A stretch of 64,000 nt of DNA. Source: Planctomycetota bacterium. GTDB lineage: Bacteria > Planctomycetota > UBA8108 > SXIK01. The stretch covers positions 2,368,001-2,432,000 of the forward strand of contig CBDCXR010000004.1 of NCBI GenBank assembly GCA_965223845.1. Reading direction: 5' to 3'. Below are positions 50,791-60,331 of the stretch, piece by piece. The notes under the pieces are model-generated. The model was not told the DNA's origin. It searched no databases and worked only from the letters and a program-made list of their open reading frames with translations. Positions within the stretch are counted from its first letter, which is position 1. Every line of letters starts with the position of its first letter. A program made the translations under genes and the position numbers.

Positions 50791-52107
50791 GTGACCTGGG
50801 GAACTCCGGCCAGCGAGTGGAATCAGCCGATCAGCTTATCGTGGTCGTTCGTGCTCCGGTTCCTCAGGCACCCCATCGGGGGAACGCGCGCGGCGATTCG
50901 CTGGCGGACGGAGCGACGGTCTCTCGGACTCGATTGGTCTCCGACTCTCGTCGGTGCCGCGCTGATCAGCGCGGTGATCGGTCTCGCGGTCACCTTCGGC
51001 CCGCAGTTCATAAGAGCGTCCGGATTAGAGTTGATCTGGGTACTTCTCGCCGCCACCAGCGCCCTCGCGTGGGCATCGTCGAGCGTAGTTCGAGGCGTTC
51101 TCGGAGCTCGATCGGCGTCACCGCGATCCCGGTCGCTCGTCGGCCAGGCGCGCTCTGTGAACGGCACGCGGGCAGCCCGCACCCTGCTCGAAGAGGGGCT
51201 TCGAGCAGAACCGCGAGACCCTCTCCTGCGATGGGCGAGTGGGAATCTCTTCCTCGAGGACGGGGACTACGACTCAGCACAGGCGGAGTTCGAAACGGCC
51301 GCCGACCTCTCGGGCCTGGGACTCGGCTTGGGCGAGCTCGCCGAGACGGCGTATCGAGCCGGCAACCTCGATGCGGCGGCGTCGATCGCGAAGCTCGCGA
51401 CTTGGCGGCTTCCCGACGACCCGATTCACTGGCGAATTCGCGGCGCGATCGCGCTCCATCGGCGCTCGTACGACCGCGCCGCTGAGTGCTTCGCGTATTC
51501 CGCCGAGCACCTCGACGATCCCGCCAGCGAATCGTGGCGCCGTGCCGCCGAGGAAGCTCGCGACGCCCCGTCGACCGATCGCCTTCGCCGAGCGATGGAA
51601 ACGCATCGCGTCGCGATCGTCGGCGAGATCTTCGCGCAGAATCGGGAGCCGACCCGAACCAGCGTCGATCTACGTGCGATGAAGCTCACGTCCAACCGCT
51701 ATCGAATGCGAGTGTTCGATTCTCTCTTCTTCGGTTTCGTCGCCCTCGAGCTGCTGATCGTCGGAGTCGCGCTTCGGATGAACATCGCGGCCAGCCCAGA
51801 CGGATACCTCGCGGGACTGCTCGTGAGCGAGGAATGGATCGAAAGAAATCCCGGTCTGGCGCAGCTCTTCCTTCTCATCGAAGTCGGAGTGTTCGTCGAG
51901 ATTCTCCTCGGACTAGGGGTCGTCGCCATCCTTGTCAGTTCGTACTCGCTTCCCTTCCTAGCCATCGGGTACGGCGTGTTTCGCTGTGTTCGCGTCGCTC
52001 TACGGCGTCGGAGGCGACTTGCGCTCGTTTGGCTCCTACCGATCACCGCGATCGCCGCGGCTTGTTCGGCCTACATCTCCGACGCGGTTCGAATCGTTCT
52101 CGACTGA
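50791..52107 (+). CDS. membrane protein with TPR repeats
   Basis: N- and C-terminal TM segments flank TPR-like helices (GNLFLEDGDYDSAQAEFE). Start uncertain (50749 possible). Confidence 0.65.
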   Translation: MTWGTPASEWNQPISLSWSFVLRFLRHPIGGTRAAIRWRTERRSLGLDWSPTLVGAALISAVIGLAVTFGPQFIRASGLELIWVLLAATSALAWASSSVVRGVLGARSASPRSRSLVGQARSVNGTRAARTLLEEGLRAEPRDPLLRWASGNLFLEDGDYDSAQAEFETAADLSGLGLGLGELAETAYRAGNLDAAASIAKLATWRLPDDPIHWRIRGAIALHRRSYDRAAECFAYSAEHLDDPASESWRRAAEEARDAPSTDRLRRAMETHRVAIVGEIFAQNREPTRTSVDLRAMKLTSNRYRMRVFDSLFFGFVALELLIVGVALRMNIAASPDGYLAGLLVSEEWIERNPGLAQLFLLIEVGVFVEILLGLGVVAILVSSYSLPFLAIGYGVFRCVRVALRRRRRLALVWLLPITAIAAACSAYISDAVRIVLD

Positions 52108-52338
52108 CGACTCGAGCACGCCGGTTCCGCCGTCGCCAAGCGCGGTGACGATCGACGCCGATTTCGCCCGAGGCATGGACATTCGCCTCTATCGCGAACG
52201 GGTCGGAAACCTTCCACAACGAGCGGCGAAGCTGGATCTCCGCCGCCTGACTTCACTTCCGACGTCTGCCGCGAGAACGATTCGCGACCGGTACGCTTGT
52301 TGCGGAGAGACTCGCAAACCCACCGAGTCAAATCCGCC

Positions 52339-52785
52339 ATGGAAACGTTCACCTACTCGCCCCGTCCAAAATCGAAACCGCACCGCCCGACGCGTCGGCG
52401 CTGGATCCCGTGGTCGCGCGTCGCGTGGACCGCGCTCCCCATCGGACTCGCGGTCTACTACCTGACGCTCGTCGCCCCGTCGCTCGTTCCACTCGCGCCG
52501 AACATCGACGTTCCGTACCCGCAGCTCACGCGCACCCTCGAGCCGTTCTGCGCTTGGTGTGGTGCACACCCGGAGATCGTCGCCGCGGTCGGACTCGCGC
52601 TCCTCATTCCCGTCGCGCTGAGCGAAATCTGGCCGCAGCGCATCCACGTCTGGACGATCATTCTGGTGACGTTCGGGCTGAGCGCGACCTACCTCTCGAT
52701 CTCGGCGCCGGTCGATCGGCTGATCACGAGCTTCGACGCGGCCATCTCCTCGTACGAGCGCGTTCCGCCGCCGGAAGCACGTTAG
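52339..52785 (+). CDS. small membrane protein (3 TM)
   Basis: Basic N-terminus followed by hydrophobic helices; coding-like codon usage. Confidence 0.65.
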   Translation: METFTYSPRPKSKPHRPTRRRWIPWSRVAWTALPIGLAVYYLTLVAPSLVPLAPNIDVPYPQLTRTLEPFCAWCGAHPEIVAAVGLALLIPVALSEIWPQRIHVWTIILVTFGLSATYLSISAPVDRLITSFDAAISSYERVPPPEAR

Positions 52786-52802
52786 CGCGCGCCCGAGGGT
52801 CG

Positions 52803-54110
52803 TCAGCTCGTCGTCGGTGTCGCCGACTCGAGAATCGCCGTCTCCCAATCGAGGATCGGCCTCACGGGCCCGGGGAGCGGGCTGTGCCAGCCCGCGGTGC
52901 GGCTCCCGTCGTTCTCGACATCGAACGCGAGGATTTCGTCTTCGCGGTGAACGAGGCGGCGGCGATCCTCGACGAGACGCAGCGTGACCGAGTAGGTCCC
53001 GTCGTTCAAGAGGTCGCCGGGAACATGGCAGGTGAAGCGGACGAGGCCGGTTGGGTACGGCTCTCCCTCCCAGCCCGGCGCATGGGGTGAGCGCGTGTTG
53101 AACGCCACGCTCCCGTCGGGTCCCCGCACGGTGAGGCTGGCGTCGAGGCGAGCGCCCTCGCGTCGATTCCACACTTCGAAGACGAGATCGACCGGACTCG
53201 ATGTCGTGATCCGCGACGCTCCGTCGGTCGGCGCCGCGGCAACGCGCCGAATCCTGATCGCGTCGTTTCCCGGCGCCGCGGTGGGATCCTCCCAGATCCG
53301 CTCGGTCGCTTGATCGCGCGCGCGTGTCAGGTACTCGGAGACGATCGACGAAACGTCTCCCTCGCGCACGAGCCGCCCGCGCTCGAGCCAGAGCGCCCGC
53401 GTGCAGAGGTTCTGCACCGCTCCGGTGTTGTGGCTCACGAAGAGTACGGTTCTCCCCGACTTCGCAAACGTCTCCATCTTGCCGAGACACTTGCGCTGAA
53501 ACTGAGCGTCGCCCACGGCGAGGACTTCGTCGATGACGAGGATCTCCGGCTCGAGGTGTGCGGCGACGGCGAACGCCAGACGCATGTACATCCCCGACGA
53601 GTAGCGCTTGACGGGCATGTCGAGAAAACGCTCCACCTCGGAGAATGCGACGATCTCATCGAAGCGCGAGCGGATCTCGGCGCGCGTCATGCCGAGGATC
53701 GCGCCGTTGAGGAAGATGTTCTCGCGCCCGGTGAGCTCGGGGTGAAACCCAGTCCCGACTTCGAGGAGTGAACCGACTCGCCCCCAGAGGCGTACGCGTC
53801 CCTCCGTCGGCTCCGTGATCCGCGAAAGCACCTTGAGGAGCGTACTCTTCCCCGCGCCGTTACTCCCGACGATGCCGAGGACCTCGCCCTCGCGAACGCG
53901 AAAGTCGACGTCGCGGAGAGCCCAATGAAACTGCGCGGACGTGCGGCCGACCTCGTCGCGTTCTCCGGATCGACGGACGCGACGACGAAGATTCCGAAAC
54001 GGAGCTCTCGCGAGCGAACTGAGCAGCTCCGAAAAGCGGTGGTAGTCGGCGCGCCCGCAGACGCGAAACTGCTTTCCGAGTCCTTCGACCTCGAGCGCGT
54101 AATCGCCCAT
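52803..54110 (-). CDS. wzt: polysaccharide ABC exporter ATP-binding subunit with C-terminal Wzt carbohydrate-binding domain
   Basis: WALRDV, GSNGAGKST, GFHPELTGREN, YSSGM, DEVLAVGD, VSH; about 170-aa C-terminal beta domain. Confidence 0.95.
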   Translation of the reverse strand: MGDYALEVEGLGKQFRVCGRADYHRFSELLSSLARAPFRNLRRRVRRSGERDEVGRTSAQFHWALRDVDFRVREGEVLGIVGSNGAGKSTLLKVLSRITEPTEGRVRLWGRVGSLLEVGTGFHPELTGRENIFLNGAILGMTRAEIRSRFDEIVAFSEVERFLDMPVKRYSSGMYMRLAFAVAAHLEPEILVIDEVLAVGDAQFQRKCLGKMETFAKSGRTVLFVSHNTGAVQNLCTRALWLERGRLVREGDVSSIVSEYLTRARDQATERIWEDPTAAPGNDAIRIRRVAAAPTDGASRITTSSPVDLVFEVWNRREGARLDASLTVRGPDGSVAFNTRSPHAPGWEGEPYPTGLVRFTCHVPGDLLNDGTYSVTLRLVEDRRRLVHREDEILAFDVENDGSRTAGWHSPLPGPVRPILDWETAILESATPTTS

Positions 54111-54961
54111 CAAATCGTATCGGCGAAGTGCCGCTCCATTCGGCGAAAGTAGACGAGGCCGCCGGCGAGAAGCACGAGAGTCGCGGCTAGCGACAAACCG
54201 AGCATGCCCCCGTCCGGAAACGGGGCGCCGAGAAGCGCCCAGCGAAAACCTTCGATCACCCCCACCATCGGATTGAGTCCGTAAAGGAAGCGCCACTCGG
54301 CGGGGATGAGGGCCGCCGTCTCGAAGAGCACGGGACTCACGAAGAATCCGATTTGAATGCAGAACGGAACGACGTAGCGAAAGTCGCGGTAGAGGGCGCT
54401 AAAGGCGCTGAGCCAGACTCCGATGGCGAGCGCAGCGAGACAAGCGAGTCCGACGAACGCGGGAACGCAGAGCGCGGCCCATCCGGGAACGATTCCGTAC
54501 CAGAGGAAGAGTCCCCCGAGGACGAGAAGCGAGCAGCCGAAGTCCGCGAGGCAAACGACGATGCACGAGGCGGGCGCGAGGAGGCGCGGGAAGTACACCT
54601 TCGTGATCAGATTTTGGTTTGCGATGAGACTCTCGCTCGATTGCGTGAGCGCCCCGGCGAAGAGCTGCCACGGAAGCAAGGCGCAAAAGAGACTGACCGC
54701 GTAGGGCGCTCCCGATGCGACCGGCTGTCGTCCGAGGAGGTGAAAGAACACCGAGAAGACGAGGACCGTCGAGAGCGGCTGGAGAATCGCCCACGCAACG
54801 CCGACGACCGTCTGCTTGTAGCGGACACGGAGATCACGCTCAGCGAGGACCCAGAGGAGGTCGCGGTAGCGCCAGAGCTCGGCGAGATCGACGATGCGCC
54901 AGCTCGCCCGGGGCTCGATGACGACCGGGTTCCGTTGGGCGACCGCGCTCGAACGCTCCAT
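54110..54961 (-). CDS. wzm: polysaccharide ABC exporter permease
   Basis: RDLRVRYKQT..G..W, KVYFPR, RDFRY, LNPM...IEGFR; GAGGAG RBS. Confidence 0.95.
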   Translation of the reverse strand: MERSSAVAQRNPVVIEPRASWRIVDLAELWRYRDLLWVLAERDLRVRYKQTVVGVAWAILQPLSTVLVFSVFFHLLGRQPVASGAPYAVSLFCALLPWQLFAGALTQSSESLIANQNLITKVYFPRLLAPASCIVVCLADFGCSLLVLGGLFLWYGIVPGWAALCVPAFVGLACLAALAIGVWLSAFSALYRDFRYVVPFCIQIGFFVSPVLFETAALIPAEWRFLYGLNPMVGVIEGFRWALLGAPFPDGGMLGLSLAATLVLLAGGLVYFRRMERHFADTI

Positions 54962-55102
54962 GTCACCGTACTCCTCGTACACTCTCGACGAAGCGACGTT
55001 CCGATATCTCTTGCACCCGGACGCGTCGCGCGACTTCTACGGTGATCGGCTGATCGAGCCGCGTTCCTATCTTCGGAATCGCAACGAGCACCGCATCCGG
55101 AC

Positions 55103-55945
55103 TCAAGGAGTCGGTGCTGGGGCGCGTTCGGCCTCGCGTCGTCCGGTCCGCGCGGGCTCGACGATCGAGGCGGCGGCGCGGATCGTTTCCGGGCTCGGAC
55201 GCGCCGGCAGGACGAACGACGCGAGTCGCTCGACCGCCGCGGCGGCATCGGTTTGACATTCCTCGTACGAGATCTCGATCGCCGCGCTACCCAATTGCTC
55301 GACCTGCTCGCGGCCTCGTCGCACGTACCACGCGGCGATCGCCTCCGCGCCCTCGCGGGTGGCGGCGCGGACGGTGTCGGTGAGCGTCACCGGCCGTCCG
55401 ACGATGCCGGATTTCCACCGCGCACGGGCGTAGAGCGCGCGGGCCTCCCTGCGCGCCGTCTCGTGCCGGGCGAGGAGACTCGCTACGACGTCGTCCTGCG
55501 GGCGCGTGACGAGCACGACGAGGGCGTCGGGGAAGACTTCGAGCCAGAGCGGAAGCGTGAGCGTAGTCCGCGGATCCTTCCAGCCCCAAGCCTCCGTCCC
55601 GCCGGCAAGGAGACGCCGCCCGAAAGCGAATCGACGCCAGCCGAGGAACATCGCCGAGCGCCACGACCCCATGGCGTAACGCAGATGCGCGACAGCGTCC
55701 GCGCGAACATCGTCGGCGGCGAGAAGCGCGTCGAAGGCCTCCGGCGAGTCCCACCGCGCGCCGGCGAGAGCGAGCAGCCACTCGTTGAGCTCGAGGAAGA
55801 AGCGCGCCTCGCGGTTGCGCTCTTGATGGAGCCCCATGAAGACACCGAGCCGCTCGAGAACACGGGTGATCATCGACGTTCCCGAGCGGTGCATGCCGAT
55901 GACGATCACCGGTCGACTGAGAGACTCGATCGCCGAGCTCGTCAC
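55103..55945 (-). CDS. PAPS-dependent sulfotransferase
   Basis: 5'-PSB loop IGMHRSGTS, WGWKDPRT, 3'-PB R....V..S; GTGA overlap with the upstream GT. Confidence 0.9.
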   Translation of the reverse strand: MTSSAIESLSRPVIVIGMHRSGTSMITRVLERLGVFMGLHQERNREARFFLELNEWLLALAGARWDSPEAFDALLAADDVRADAVAHLRYAMGSWRSAMFLGWRRFAFGRRLLAGGTEAWGWKDPRTTLTLPLWLEVFPDALVVLVTRPQDDVVASLLARHETARREARALYARARWKSGIVGRPVTLTDTVRAATREGAEAIAAWYVRRGREQVEQLGSAAIEISYEECQTDAAAAVERLASFVLPARPSPETIRAAASIVEPARTGRREAERAPAPTP

Positions 55946-56784
55946 GTTGCCCCCAGTTCTCGCTCGACGGAAAGTGCGAGGGCATGTCGCGTACGCGCGT
56001 TCGCTCGCGAGATCGCCGTCGGAGTCGCCGGGTCCCAGCGGCTGAGCTCGTCTGAAGAAGCGAGCTCGACGGCATCCTCGCACAGAGACGCGCGCCAACC
56101 GTGCCAGCCATCGCGCACCTCGTCCTCCGCGAAGCGACGGCGCGCGTACTTCTCGATCGCGTGGTCTCGGCTGAGATAGGGATAGTGGCGCATGAGGAAA
56201 GCCTCGGGAGCGATCCGCCGACCGAGGAACCGGGCCTGATGCCCACCGGTCTTCACGAGGTCGACGCGCCGCCACCACGAAGGCTTCCACGCGCGGACGG
56301 CGTAGTGTTCGAGAGGGGGTCGAAACCAGTAGTACGACCGCATCGTCTCGAGGTAGCGTTCGTGATCGTGATCGGGGTCCTCGCGCGTCGGGACGAAAGT
56401 GAACTCGGCAAAATTCACTGCGTTGTAGCCGTCGCGACTCACTCGCGAGAGCGCATCGACCAGCCGCTCGCCGTCCCGGGGTGACACGTGGATCTCGTCG
56501 GCGTCGGCGTGAAGAATCCATTCGGCTCGCGAGCGCCGCGCGATCTTCTCCTTGAGACGCATCTGCTCGCGGAGTGCAAATTCCCCGCACCGCGGGAGAG
56601 TTTCGATGCCGAGCACCCCACGTCCCACAAACGACCGTGCGATCTCGAGTGTCCGGTCGGTCGACTCGTTGTCGACGAGGACGACCGACGCTCCTTCTGC
56701 GATCAGATGCTCGAGACAACACCGGATCGTCCGCTCCTCGTTGTACGCAGCGACGATCGCAACGAGCGGGACGCGCGTGCTCAC
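55942..56784 (-). CDS. GT2-family glycosyltransferase
   Basis: AYNEE, VDNESTDRT, WILHADADE (DxD); GTGA overlap with the upstream gene. Confidence 0.9.
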   Translation of the reverse strand: MSTRVPLVAIVAAYNEERTIRCCLEHLIAEGASVVLVDNESTDRTLEIARSFVGRGVLGIETLPRCGEFALREQMRLKEKIARRSRAEWILHADADEIHVSPRDGERLVDALSRVSRDGYNAVNFAEFTFVPTREDPDHDHERYLETMRSYYWFRPPLEHYAVRAWKPSWWRRVDLVKTGGHQARFLGRRIAPEAFLMRHYPYLSRDHAIEKYARRRFAEDEVRDGWHGWRASLCEDAVELASSDELSRWDPATPTAISRANARTRHALALSVERELGAT

Positions 56785-58202
56785 GACGGTCCGCCCGTCT
56801 TGGAGTTTCCCGTCCGAGCGCCTCGCGCCGGACGGAAACACGAAGCGATGCTCGCGAGTGATCGTGCCCAGCGTCGCTTCCAGCCGAGCAGGCGCACGGG
56901 GAACGGAGTCAGCGAGCGTCGATTGCGGTACTGGCAAACCGCTAGGCCGCGCGGGCTCGGGAGAAACACCCCGTCGACGAGGCCGCTCCGGCGCAGCACC
57001 TCGACATCGGCGCGCACGACGACGTGCTCGATGCCGGCGTCATGAAAGAGCACCGTCGCGCCCGGGGCGAGCCGCGGCCGGTAGTGCTCGAATTCGTCGA
57101 TGCGAAGAGCGATCTCCGAATCGAAGATCGCGAGGTCGATCGGCGCGTCGACGACGACGTCGAGACTGCTCTGGGTGCGAAGATCGACGACGCGGCCGAG
57201 GCCGGCGGCTTCGATGCGTTCGCGGGCGACGCGCGCGCACTCGGGATCGAGCTCGGCCGTGACGAGACGGCCGCGTCCGTTCGCGACGAGCGCTCGACCG
57301 ATGACTTCGGCCATCCGCCCGTGCCAGGTCCCCGTTTCGACCACGAGCCGCGGCTTGAGGAGTCGCGTGAGGGAGTAGACGAACTCGAGCGTCTCGACCT
57401 CGGCGGTATTGCCGTCGAGCATGGACCAGAGGTGAGGCTCGGAACACTCGGGGCTCGGACGAGATTTTTCGGCCGAGAGGGTGAGGTCGCCGTAGAGAAA
57501 CGATCGGCGAACCGGAGTGCTCCGATCCGTCGTCTCGGGTGAACTCGAGCGGTCGGTTCTCGGATCGACGAGATCCGCCTCCGCCCACGCGACGAGGTGG
57601 CCGCTCTCGCGGATGGTGGCGGACAGTTCTCCCGCGAGTCGCTCGAGCGCCGAGAACTCCCCGGGCGCCGTCGAGTCGGAGTGGTCGGAGACCGCAGATT
57701 CGGACGCTCGCGTGCGCGCCCAGACATCGCGGCGAACCACGCTCGTTTTCCGAATCGGTCCGTCTGCCTCGTAGAGGATGGCGTCGCCCTCGTAGCGGAG
57801 GCGCGATGGCCGGAGCTCGACCGATTCTCCATCGGCGGGGACCGGCCCGTGGAGCGACAGCTGTCCGAGATTCGAGAACGCGTCGAAGAGTCCCATTGCG
57901 CGCTCGATCCATCCTTCGCGAAACGTGACTCCCGTGTCGCTGAGAAGAAGATAGTCTGCGCGACTCGCATCGAAGCTGACATCGAAACGATCGGGTCGCA
58001 CCGCGAGCTCGATCTCGCCGAGCTCGGGAAACCGCGCTGCGAGACCGTCGAGTTCGTCTCGCGTCGAGTCGTCCCCGCTCAAGTCGACGACGGTCAGCTC
58101 GTGCGGCACCGAAACCGTATTCTGATAACTCTCGATCGTCCGTCTCAGCTCCTCGCGTGAGCCGTGATGGAAGAGGGTCGTCGTCAGAACGGGATCCGAC
58201 AT
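56781..58202 (-). CDS. degenerate GT2-like domain fused to a class I SAM methyltransferase (Methyltransf_24-like)
   Basis: N-terminal L.RTIES...EL.VVD.S.DD; C-terminal VVETGTWHG, TAELDP, IDLAIFD, LAPGATVLFHD. Confidence 0.78.
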   Translation of the reverse strand: MSDPVLTTTLFHHGSREELRRTIESYQNTVSVPHELTVVDLSGDDSTRDELDGLAARFPELGEIELAVRPDRFDVSFDASRADYLLLSDTGVTFREGWIERAMGLFDAFSNLGQLSLHGPVPADGESVELRPSRLRYEGDAILYEADGPIRKTSVVRRDVWARTRASESAVSDHSDSTAPGEFSALERLAGELSATIRESGHLVAWAEADLVDPRTDRSSSPETTDRSTPVRRSFLYGDLTLSAEKSRPSPECSEPHLWSMLDGNTAEVETLEFVYSLTRLLKPRLVVETGTWHGRMAEVIGRALVANGRGRLVTAELDPECARVARERIEAAGLGRVVDLRTQSSLDVVVDAPIDLAIFDSEIALRIDEFEHYRPRLAPGATVLFHDAGIEHVVVRADVEVLRRSGLVDGVFLPSPRGLAVCQYRNRRSLTPFPVRLLGWKRRWARSLASIASCFRPARGARTGNSKTGGPS

Positions 58203-58338
58203 TTCGGGCGATACCTCGGCGGAGCGATCGCTAGCGGCCGTCGAGACGGATCGCGGCCGAACGGAGTCTCTCCATCATCGGCACGACGAGACGCGGGATT
58301 GACCGTTCGCCCGAGCGGGCGGCCGAAAGTCGCTCGTC

Positions 58339-59034
58339 TCAGGCGGCGCGGGCCCGGCGCCGGAAGCGAACATCGAGCACGCCGCGCGCGGTCGGCTCGC
58401 CGCCGGTCGTCGGTGGAAGCACCTCGACCTCGAGTCCGCGCTTTTCGGCGCTCTCTCGGATCTCGTCGAGAGTCCACTGTCCCTCGCGCGGAAGCGCCAC
58501 CTTGAGGACGACCGAGCCGATGAGCCGCAGCGAGCGCCGGCAAAGCTCCCGGATCGCACCGCGAGCGTAGGCTCGACTGGGGACGTTCTTGAAGAGGACG
58601 ACGCTCTCGTCGGAGCAGAGGGGAAGGATGCGATCGAGAAGGGCACCGCACGAGGCCGACTCGAAATACGTGAGCGGTTGATAGCAGACGACCTTGGTGA
58701 AAGGATCGTCGTCGCCCGGTCGAGTCGGCGACGAGCCGAAGCGAGACTGCTGCAGTTCGACGTTCACTGCCGAACAGTTCTTCTGCGCGGCGCGAAGCTG
58801 CGTCGGAGAGACGTCCATACCGACGATCCCTTGGCAGCGCCGCGCGAGCTCTCGCGTCACCATGGCGTTGCCGCAGCTGAAGTCGAGAACACGATCGCTC
58901 GACCGCAGGTCCAGTCGCGCGGTGATGTCGCCAACGAGGGTCGCGAGCCCGACTCCGACGTCGACGCCCTCGAGAGTCGATGTCGATGGAGCGGTGTTCG
59001 GCGACAGCGATCGATTCGCGACAGTCATTCTCAT
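58339..59034 (-). CDS. class I SAM-dependent methyltransferase (divergent)
   Basis: RVLDFSCGNA, IVGMDVS..QL..A, FTKVVCY...YF. Confidence 0.75.
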   Translation of the reverse strand: MRMTVANRSLSPNTAPSTSTLEGVDVGVGLATLVGDITARLDLRSSDRVLDFSCGNAMVTRELARRCQGIVGMDVSPTQLRAAQKNCSAVNVELQQSRFGSSPTRPGDDDPFTKVVCYQPLTYFESASCGALLDRILPLCSDESVVLFKNVPSRAYARGAIRELCRRSLRLIGSVVLKVALPREGQWTLDEIRESAEKRGLEVEVLPPTTGGEPTARGVLDVRFRRRARAA

Positions 59035-59375
59035 TCATACTCTCCGGGTTGCGATTCGCTGAGATCCTCTCGGAGCAACGAAGAGCAACCCGCGTGCCGG
59101 TCGCGCGTGGGTGAGAGTCCCGGCGGAACACGCGTCCACACCGCAAAATCACTGAAGAACGCGGGAGGCAGCGCGGTCGGCGGGATTCGTTCTCACCGTC
59201 CTCCTGCGTCGCCCCGACGGACAGTACGGCCGATGTGTCCACGCTCTGGACTCGTTTCGCCTGGGTCGCGTGACTGTCGCCGAATCGGTAGTATGTGCGG
59301 AGAGGCTCGCGGGGGGTGCCCGCAGCGCGCCTCCGCGCGAACGAAGAGCCCGCCACAGCCAAGAAAGCAGTACCC

Positions 59376-59717
59376 ATGCCGGTCATCCCCATCGAAGACG
59401 TCGGAACGTTCGAGTCCGCCCGGACCGAGACGGGCGACGGATTCGTCTTCAAGCACAGCACGCGCTGCCCGATCTCATCTGAGGCGGAATCGCAGGTCGA
59501 CGCGTTTCTCCGCGAGCACCCCGACGTCCCGGTCTGGCGAGTGCTCGTGGTCGAGCATCGCCCGGCGTCGCTCGCGATCGCGGATCTTCTCGAAGTTCCG
59601 CACGCCTCGCCGCAGGTCATCCTCCTCGCCGGAGGCGAGGTGCGCTGGCACACGAGCCACTGGGACGTCACCGAGGCGGCGCTTCGAGCGGAGTGGGAGG
59701 CAGCGGCGTCGCGCTGA
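59376..59717 (+). CDS. ytxJ: YtxJ/BrxC monothiol bacilliredoxin-like thioredoxin-fold protein
   Basis: FKHSTRCPIS, V.H.SPQV, W..SH.. Confidence 0.88.
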   Translation: MPVIPIEDVGTFESARTETGDGFVFKHSTRCPISSEAESQVDAFLREHPDVPVWRVLVVEHRPASLAIADLLEVPHASPQVILLAGGEVRWHTSHWDVTEAALRAEWEAAASR

Positions 59718-60160
59718 TGCGCTCGATGAGTGGAGCGGTTTCGGTCGAGTCTCACCGAGTGACGATCCCGACGCGCGGGAACGCGCAGGTAGTCGACGTC
59801 ACGCCCTCCGTGGAAGCGGCGCTTCGGGACGGACGTATCTCCGACGGCACGGTCACCCTGTTCGTCGTCGGCTCCACCGCCGCGCTCTCGACGACGGAGT
59901 ACGAGCCGGGCCTTGCTGAAACGGATCTCGCGGCGTTCTACGAGCGCGTCGCTCCCGAGGACGGCCACTACGAGCACGAAGTCACGTGGAACGACGACAA
60001 CGGGCACAGCCACGTGCGGGCCACCTTCACCGGCCCATCGATCACGGTGCCACTCGTCGACGGAGCCCTCACCCTCGGCACGTGGCAGCAGATCGTGCTC
60101 CTCGACTTCGACACCCGGCCGCGCGAGCGGAAGATCGTGGTTCAAGTGATCGGCGTGTGA
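59717..60160 (+). CDS. yjbQ: YjbQ/UPF0047 family protein
   Basis: GSTAAL...E.EPG, Y.H....DDNGHSH, LGTWQQI...DFD..PR.R. Confidence 0.92.
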   Translation: MRSMSGAVSVESHRVTIPTRGNAQVVDVTPSVEAALRDGRISDGTVTLFVVGSTAALSTTEYEPGLAETDLAAFYERVAPEDGHYEHEVTWNDDNGHSHVRATFTGPSITVPLVDGALTLGTWQQIVLLDFDTRPRERKIVVQVIGV

Positions 60161-60331
60161 GCGGCGAGCTCGGGCCCGGGATCTACCGCTTCGCCAGAGC
60201 TACGCGACTTCGTCCCGTTTCGGCTCTCGTTCCCGTTCTCGAGTGGACCGGTCCCGAGTCGACGGGGACCGTCGACCTCGGTTCGCAGCCGGGACGGAGG
60301 TCTCTTGCGCCGGCCGAATCGGTCCGAGTCT

